In this document: piece by piece, positions 56,176 through 64,000 of the stretch | Position numbering within the stretch: the stretch's first letter is position 1 | How the letters are laid out: every line of letters starts with the position of its first letter | Source of the DNA: Callorhinchus milii | Lineage: Eukaryota | Reading direction: 5' to 3' | NCBI RefSeq assembly: GCF_018977255.1 | Contig: NW_024704772.1 | Coordinates: forward strand, 1,302,001 to 1,366,000 | Length of the DNA stretch: 64,000 nucleotides | The notes under the pieces: generated by a model | The model's database searches: none | Told to the model about the DNA's origin: nothing | What the model saw: only the letters and a program-made list of their open reading frames with translations | Program-made: the position numbers and the translations under genes

Positions 56176-57065
56176 TCTTTTTCCTCCTCTCCCTTTTCCC
56201 CCTTTCTCTCTCTCTCTATTTCCCTCTCTCATTCCCCCTCTCTCCCCCTCCCTTTTCCCCCTTTCTCTCTCTCTATTTCCCTCTCTCATTCCCCCTCTCT
56301 CCCCCTCTCTTTTCCCCTTTTCTCTCTCTATTTCCCTCTCTCATTCCCCCTCTCTCCCCCTCTCTTTTCCCCTTTTCTCTCTCTATTTCCCTCTCTCATT
56401 CCCCCTCTCTCCCCCTCTCTTTTCCCCTTTTCTCTCTCCATTTCCCTCTCTCATTCCCCCACTCTCTCCCCCTCTCTTTTCCCCTTTCTCTCCTTTCCCT
56501 CTCTCATTCCCCCTCTCTCCCCCTCTCTTTTCCCCTTTTCTCTCTCCATTTCCCTCTCTCATTCCCCCACCTCTCCCCCTCTCTTTTTCCCTTTTTCTCT
56601 CCCTATTTCCCTCTCTCATTCCCCCTCTCTCATTCCCCTCTCTTTTTCCCTTTTTCTCTCCCTATTTCCCTCTCTCATTCCCCCTCTCTCCCCCTCTCTT
56701 TTCTCCCTTTCTCTCTCTATCTCTCTCTCATTCCCCCACCTCTCCCCCTCTCTTTTTCCCCTTTTCTCTCTCTATTTCCCTCTCATTCCCCCTCTCTCCC
56801 CCTCTCTTTTCCCCTTTTCTCTCTCTATTTCCCTCTCTCATTCCCCCTCTCTCATTCCCCCTCTCTTTTCCCCCTTTCTCTCTCTATTTCCCTCTCTTTT
56901 CCCCCTTTCTCTATTTCCCTCTCTCATTCCCCACCCCTCCCTCTCTCTTTTGCCCCCTTTCCCCCTATTTCCCCCCTTTTCTCTCATTTCCCCTTCCCAT
57001 TACTCCCCCCCCCCCCCTCTCATTCCCCTCTCTTTTGTCCCATTTCTCCCTTTCCCCCTCTCCCC
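56176..57065. repeat. Polypyrimidine satellite, ~56-bp unit
   Basis: Tandem ctatttccctctctcattccccctctctccccctctcttttccccttttctct; almost no G on the plus strand. Confidence 0.95.
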
Positions 57066-57725
57066 AATTTCCAAATCCCATTTCAATCCCATCCCAAACT
57101 GTATGTTGCAGTTGAAATGCTATTAAGTGAGTGATTCAATCGGTTGTGAATGAATGAATTAAATGAATTAATGAGCGTGAGGTTGAGAGAGCGATTTGGG
57201 TGGTGGGGGGTGTGTGGGGGGAATGGTAACTTTTTGGGGGAGATAGGGGGGGTGGGGGAAGGAGAGAGGGGGAAAGATAACCACAGGAGCCAGATTTCTG
57301 GTTGTAGGTTATTTGGGGTTTGAGTGGATGAGAGAGTGAGTTTGGATAAATAAAATGGGACTCTTTGATGTGAAATGTGTTTTTTTTAGGACAGGAATTG
57401 AGTGACTGAGAGTTGGGAGAGTTGCATACAAGTAAAGTGGAGGGAGGGTGAAGTTTTTTCCCCCCCTTCCCCCCCCCCCCCAAAAAAAAAATCTGATTGG
57501 GTTAATGCCATCCGGTCTTTGGAATTCGTGTTTCTCAATTACTTGCAAAACCACAATAATAATTGTATTTATTTTCTCTTTGTACTTTGTTAATTGTGCA
57601 CTGTACTTAACTGATAATAATAATCCTCGCATTTGATATAGTGCCTTATCGCACCTTTGAGATTATTATTCTACAACTCCCTTAAAGCACTTCGAGATAA
57701 GGCGCTGTATCAAATTTAAGGATTA

Positions 57726-58303
57726 TCTTCTATACTGATAAGATAAAATGTCCGTCTGTGCGTCCGCCAAGATCGCAATAACCCATCGCCAGAGAGACAT
57801 GATTTGTGCCTCATCGGAAAGGTCTTGCGTGGGAGCGTGTCACGGGCATCTTTTTTTCAGGAATTTCCTATCGTTGATGGGCTGCATATAAAAAAATATA
57901 TTTAAAAAAAAATACTTTAATTAAGCTCTGAAAAAGCACGCGTGGTATTCGGCAAGAACCGTAGCGGCAGAGGTCATACACCCTTCTGGTCGTACCCTAA
58001 TAAAGATAAAATGTGTGTCTGTCGTAGAGCCTAAATGAAATGTATGTCTCATTGATGTAGAGACAGCGACAGGAGTCCTCTTACAGGAGTTCACCCACTG
58101 AGTCCTCCCAAAAGGATACGTGTGCAAATCAGTGAACAAGGGATACCCGCGAGTTCAACAGCATATTTTCTTAATCTTGAGGGATAAATATGCCTCAGAA
58201 GCAAAGCTCAAGCCTTTAAAGGACAAATAAAAATGGTAGACATAAGAGAGAAGGACGATTAAATGAAACTGGTCACGAGTGTAGCTGCAACAGATACAGC
58301 TAG
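57726..58303 (+). mobile_element. Non-autonomous Helitron-like element
   Basis: A|TC...CTAG|T junctions with no TSD; splits a SINE tail (ggatta | ttattat); 5' end tcttctatactgataagataaaatgtccgtctgt; terminal hairpin TAGCTG..CAGCTA. Confidence 0.6.
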
Positions 58304-58339
58304 TTATTATGCAAATATAATAATAAATGATAACAATTA

Positions 58340-58846
58340 ATAATAATTATCCTTACATTGGAAACAGCGCCTTATCACATCTTTGAGACTCCTCAAAGCG
58401 CTTCATAGAGTACACTGTAAAGTGAATTGACTGTGCATTTTGTGGGCGAAACGCGGCAGCCGATTGCCCACTGTAATGTCCCTCAAACAGTCGTGGATGA
58501 GTGACCAAATTATTATTACTTTTAGTATTATTATTAATAGTTTGGGAGGGATTATTACTCCCGGAAAGCGATCCGCCAATTGACGAACAACCGGGTTCCT
58601 GCTTACTGCGAGGTAAACAGGCGTACGTGAGGCGTAAGGAAACTTGCCCAACCTGCCTGTCCTCTCATGAATCAAACCCAGGTCGCTTTACCTGAAACAG
58701 ACCAGTTTCATTTAATCGTCCTTCTCTCTTTTGTCTACCATTTTTATTTGTCCTTTTAACGGCTTGAGCTTTGCTTCTGAGGCATATTTATCCCTCAAGG
58801 TCTCGTTGCGAGGCGAGCGCTCCAATGACTAAGCTACAGGACTCCA
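58340..58846 (-). mobile_element. tRNA/CORE SINE interrupted by a ~115-bp insertion
   Basis: SINE reverse complement at 58340-58684 resumes at 58801-58846 (tctcgttgcgaggcgagcgctc...ctacaggactcc). Confidence 0.8.
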
Positions 58847-58932
58847 CATGTTTTATGACACATGCCAACTGTCCTAATCCTAACTTTTTTTTCTTTTGAT
58901 TTAGCTGCTGGAAAACACCCGGGGAAAGGAGG

Positions 58933-61900
58933 ATGCCGAAAGCAAGGTATTATTACTCTGAAATTCCCAGTGGTGTTTAGAGACATTTTACTATCTTTGT
59001 TGTTCTTGAATAATCTTCTTTTCGAGGTGCTTCAGTGCGAGCGACTCGGGTGTCGATTGTCTCATTAACTTGGGCCTTTTCTGTTTGTTCTCGGCGTAGA
59101 AAATCTTTCGGACAAAAGGTCCCGTCGTTGTTGGACTACCTCAAAGGGATCCTGCGACGATATCCTGATGGTGGGCAGATCCTTAAGGTAAGTCGTACAT
59201 TACGATAATAATAATAATAGTAATAATCCTTGCATTTGATATAGCGCTTTTCACGTCGGGAGGACGTCCCAAAGCGCTTCACAGAACACACTGTAAAGTG
59301 AATTGACTGTATATTTGTGGGCGAACGCGGCAGCCAATTGCGCACAGCAATGTCCCACAAACAGTCGTGGATTGAAAATGACCAATTTATTATTGTTTTT
59401 GGTGTTGGAGGATTATTATTAGGCTCTGTGTGGAGTAAGGAAACTTGCCCAAGGTTTCGCCCTCTGCCTGGAATTAAACTCAGGTCTCTCGCTCGCAAAG
59501 CGAGTGCTCTAACCACTGAGCTACAGGACAGGGTATTGGGCATATTGAGTCGTAGGGCAGTGATTTCTGCGCTCGCCTCGCAAGCGAGAGGACCCAGGTT
59601 CGATTACCCGGACGGGGCAAAAACGTAGGCAAGTTTCTTTACTCCACGCGCACGCTGCTGTTTATCCAGCAGTAAGTAGGAACCCGGTTGTTAGTCGATT
59701 GGCGGATTGCTTTCTCCATTAAAAAGAATATTCCATCCAATCTGTTTGTGGGGACGCTACTGTTGCGCATTTCGCTCCCGCGTTTCGCCCACAAAATACC
59801 CAGTCAATTCGCTTCAGAGAATATCCCGTGAAGCGCTTTGAGACGTCTCGAAGACGTGATCAGGGGCTGCGTCAAAGCAAGGATTGTTATTATCGTTCTT
59901 GTTGTGATCATCTGTGAACGTTCTGGCAGGAGCTGATCCAGAACGCAGACGATGCCGAGGCCAGCCAGGTGGTCTTTCTGTTTGATGAGCGGACACACCC
60001 GTCCCACTCGCTCGTCCTGCCCGAGCTGGAGCCCTTCCAAGGTGAGTGATTCCCGCCGGGAGGTCACTGCCCACGGCATTCCGAGACCCTTTCCCAGCGC
60101 GATGGGCGCTGCAAGTTGTCTGTCACTTTGCAACCTCTGTGCTGTCGCCTTTCCCTTCCAGGACCCGCCCTCTTCGTGTACAACGACTCCATGTTCTCCG
60201 AGGAGGACTGGGAGGGCATTCAGACCATCAGCTGCAGCGTCAAACGTAACGACCCCAACAAGGTGGGCCAGTTTGGAATCGGATTCAACTCCGTCTACCA
60301 CATCACAGGTGATTAAAAGTCGACCCACTTTGCAGCGTGTATCCTGTGAAGCACTTTGCGACGCATTGAAGACGCGCGATGGAATGCAAGGATTATTATT
60401 GTCCGCGCCCAGACAGCTCAGCCGCAAAGTGCTGACTTGAACCCCCACCCCCCCCATCTTTGGAGTCCCGTAGCGAAGACCCCAGTCCTGGCCCTCCCCC
60501 CCATCCCCAAACCCCGATCCCCGACCCCCCCAGTCCTGGCCAGACTACACTGGCTCCTGCCCCAGAGAGGATCGGCTTCAAGATCCTCGCTCTTGTCTTC
60601 AAATCCCTGCACTCCTCTGCACCCCCCGACCTCCCTGACCTCCTCTCTCCTCAGCACAGTGCCCGTTGCCTCCGTTCCTCCGGGTCTGGCCCCTCCTCAT
60701 CCCCCGAGTCCTCCGTTCCACCCTCGGCAGCTGTGCCTTCAGCCACTACGCCCCGAGGCTCTGGAACTCCCTTCCTCACTCCCTTCGTCTCGCTCCCTCC
60801 CTTCCCATTTTCAGGTCTCTGCTGAAGACCTTTCTTTTCGACCGCACCTTTGGTCACCTTCCTCCCCCTCCCCACCCACCCCCCACCCCAGCTCGGCCCC
60901 GGGATCCGTTACTGTAAAGCGCTCTGAGACGCCGTCTGGCGTGGAGTGTGTTATATAAATCCAAGTTGTTGTTGTGTCTCTCTCACTCTCTCTCTCCCGG
61001 TAGATTTACCGGCTATATTCAGCGGGAGCAGCGTGGCGATGCTGGAGCCCCGGGAGACGATCTTCGAGCGCGAGGGCGGCCGCCGGTGGTCGCTGGAGGA
61101 CGCGGGTGACCGGGAAGTGCTGGAACGGTGCCGGGACCAATTTCAACCATTCCGGGACGTCCTGCGGCAAGTGGATGGTGCCATGAGCTGGGACGCCGCA
61201 ATGGAGAGCCGGTATTTCCGCGGGACCCTGTTCCGCTTTCCCTTACGCCGGGCGCCCACCGCCATCTCCGAGACCCTGTACGACCCCGGGAAGGTCACGG
61301 AGCTGTTCGAGTCGTTCGCCGCCGACGCCGACATGAGCCTCCTCTTCCTCCGCCATGTCGCCTCCGTCTCCCTCGGGTACCTGCGGGCTGACGGGGAGAG
61401 AACCGAGACGGTGCTGCGGGTCAGCGCCGTGGCGCAGGACCTCCCACTCCTCTCGCCGGGGGCGGGCGGGTCCGGTACCTGCATCAAAACCGTAGCCCGG
61501 CGCCAGAAGAAGGAGGGTGAGGAGGAGCGTCCCGGGCAGAGTTGTCGGTGGCTGCTGACCACATGCACCGGGGCGGGCGAGGACCTGGCGGGGCTGGCCG
61601 CCAGCTTGAGCCTGACCCCGAGGGTGGACCTGGCGTTCCCGCTGACCGAGCCGGAGCCGGGCTTCACCGGGCGGCTGAGCTGCTACCTGCCGCTGCCGGA
61701 CAACGAGAGTAACCGCACGGGGCTGCCCGTCCACCTCAACGCCTCCTTTGGGCTGACCGACAACCGGCGGCACGTCAAGTGGCCGGAACCGGACCAGCAG
61801 CACGACGAGGCCGCCCGGTGGAACGAGCTGCTGGTCAGCGAGGTCCTGCCCCGTGCCTACGACCAGCTAGTCCTGGACGCCGTCGCCTTGGTCGATGCCA

Positions 61901-64000
61901 CCGACTCGGTGTCGCCGGCTGAGGTTTACCGGCTGTGGCCGGACCAGGACAAGACGGGGCGGATCGAGCGCTGGGCAGTGGCGGGAGACGGTATCTGCCG
62001 GCGCTTGGCGGGACTGGAAGCCCTGCGCCTGACCGCCGCCACCAACCACCCACGGTGGGTCAAAGCCGAAGGCGCCGTGTTCGTGCCACTCGGGGTCCGG
62101 CCGGTGCTGCGGCAGGCGCTGGCGCGAGCGCTGGCGGGCGCGGGTGAGCCGCTGGTCGAGGCTCCGAGCCATGTGTTACGCGCAGTGGAGAGAGTGCTGG
62201 AGGCGGCGGGAGGAGGAGGAGGGGGGAATCACATGGTGACCCCCGCCTCCCTCCGCCAGGCTCTGGTGGGCACCGGCGCCGGCCTGACCCCGGCAGAGAA
62301 GCTGCTGCTCCTGGAGTTCGCTCTGGCAGACGGGCGGTTCGGGGAGCTCAACGCCCTGCCTTTGCTTCCCCGCCGCGACGGCTCCTTCGCCCGGTTCCTG
62401 AGGACCGACCCCGGCCACGGGCTGACCCTGGTCGAAACGGTGAACTTCCCCCGGTGAGTTACCGATAAGTTGACCGGCCTGTGTATGTGTGTATCAGGGG
62501 GTGGGGGGGGGTTCTGTGTGTGTGTGTGTGTGTTGGGGTGGGGAGCACCGTCTTGCCTCCGTCTTTCGGACGAGACGTTAAAGCCTCGTGTCAGACTAAC
62601 GGGAGGAGAAGGGAAGAGTTTCTCTCTCCCGATATCCTAGCCGACAAGCTTGCCCCCTCCCCTCCCACCCCCCACCCCCCCCATTTTGTCCCCCCCCCTC
62701 CCCCATTTTTTTCCCCCACCGCCCCCACACTTTTTCCCCCCTCAACCCGTCCAAAACCAGTCACCTACTTCACTGCTGATTACTTTATGATGTTTTCTAC
62801 GGATTCCAGGATTTTGCTCCCTGGCTTTGAGGGCCGTTTCCTGCCGAGGGATCTTCAAGCCCATGTGGAGGAACAGCTGAAGGAGATTGCTCGTAGGAGT
62901 GAGTGTCCCCCCCCCCACCCACCCCCCACCCACGCACCGCCTCGCGTCTGCCCGGCCTCAACACTCTTGTCCGGTTTACAGTTACACCTCTTTCATCCCC
63001 GGACCTAACAAGTTCGATAGAGTCTCCGGCCCCGAAACACCTGCGACCCCCCCCCCCGCCCACCACTCCGGGAATCCAAATACTCACCATTATTTCGATT
63101 CACCCTGAGCTTCCTCACTCCGTGAAGGGCTTTGAGACGTCTCGACGACGTGATAAAGCTTTGAATCAAAGGCGAGGGTTATTATTATCATTGTTGTAAC
63201 TTTCCGGTGTTTTTACTCTCTCTCTCTCCCCCCTCTCTCTCTCCCCCTCTCTCTCTCTCCCCCCTCTCTCTCTCTCCCCCCCTCTCTCTCGGGCAGAAAT
63301 CTTCACAAGCCTGGTGTGTCTGGACAGTGCCCTGATCCTGCGGCTAGCCGGACAGTCCCTCCCGAAGGACTGGACCTCGGCTGAGGTGACGTGGGACCCG
63401 AGCGAGGCCGGACACCCTCCGGTGGGCTGGCTGAAGGCGTTCTGGCGTTTCCTGCGGGACCACTGCCCGAGGGGGCTGGGCAAGGCTGAGGGTCTGCCTC
63501 TTGTGCCGCTGGGTGACGGTGATGAGGATGAAGGAGGTGAGGGACTTCGCCTGGCCCGTCTCTCTGCGACCACTTCGGCGATTTTCCAGGAGCAGAGCAG
63601 CTCCGAGTTGCCAGGGTCCGTTGCCGGCCTGGTGGAGGATCTCGGCGGGAGAGTGATCCGATGCGTGGAGATCTTCCTCAACCACCCAAAGCTCGGTGAC
63701 TACATCTTGGCTCCCAATGCCAACAACGTCCTGAGGATCTTTCTCAACCTGGGCTCCAACCATGTGGTGCGGGAGATGACGAAATTCACCATCCGGGACA
63801 GACAGGCTCTGCGCACTTACCTGACCGAAGCTCCCTTCCTCGGCCAAGAGGAGAAACACCTACTAGGGAGGCTTCCCATCTTCCAGCAGATGCCGTCCCT
63901 TGGGTATCGGAGGGACAAGTTAGTGCCTCTTGCCGGCCAACTGGCCATGAGCAACAAGGACCTGCTCACGATCCCGGAAGATGTCCTCCTGCCCGAGACC
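58933..64000 (+). CDS. Sacsin-like protein (divergent paralogue), 5' part; continues past the window
   Basis: Exons 58933-58946, 59100-59187, 59930-60041, 60162-60308, 61004-62453, 62810-62898, 63297->64000, all phase-compatible. SRR1 Hsp90-like motifs [77 protein letters not shown]. The start codon is less certain than the rest. Confidence 0.9.
59203..59530 (-). mobile_element. tRNA/CORE SINE
   Basis: Reverse complement of the family, (TAA)n tail at left and head at right. Confidence 0.85.
59547..59893 (+). mobile_element. tRNA/CORE SINE
   Basis: Head gcgctcgcctcgcaagcgagaggacccaggttcgatt, body and tail. Confidence 0.85.
60520..60975 (+). mobile_element. L2 LINE 3' fragment in a sacsin-like intron
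   Basis: [40 protein letters not shown]....[10 protein letters not shown], then an L2 tail. Confidence 0.85.

Noticed and set aside
56157-57134. 320-325 aa ORFs rich in S/L/P/F
   Set aside because: Translation of a pyrimidine satellite that lacks stop codons by composition.

Overview
Vertebrate genomic DNA, most likely a cartilaginous fish; this is inferred from the repeat complement (Penelope-like fold-back elements, tRNA/CORE SINEs with L2 tails, CR1 tails). Reading splice sites by eye gives six genes. (1) A minus-strand gene with only its first coding exon (27576-27749) and a >27-kb intron in the window; the peptide resembles the long RBFOX2 N-terminus, so it is tentatively RBFOX family. 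(2) THAP7-like (-), sharing a CpG-island bidirectional promoter with (3) ZBTB45 (+). (4) RPS11 (+), with a TCT/TOP start and two intronic C/D-box elements. (5) DHDH (-), with the catalytic Tyr180 position read as Asn. (6) A divergent sacsin-like gene (+), running off the right edge, with an ISRE cluster at its putative promoter. Best leads: the possibly interferon-driven, apparently UBL-less sacsin paralogue head-to-head with a putative DHDH pseudo-enzyme; an orphan C/D RNA plus a decaying U35 copy in RPS11; minimal hammerhead ribozyme cores in Penelope-like fold-backs; and a non-autonomous Helitron with a nearby templated inverted copy. Homology calls come from remembered protein/RNA sequences, not database searches. 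Most ORFs in the supplied track are spurious. There is a 360-N gap at 55419-55778.
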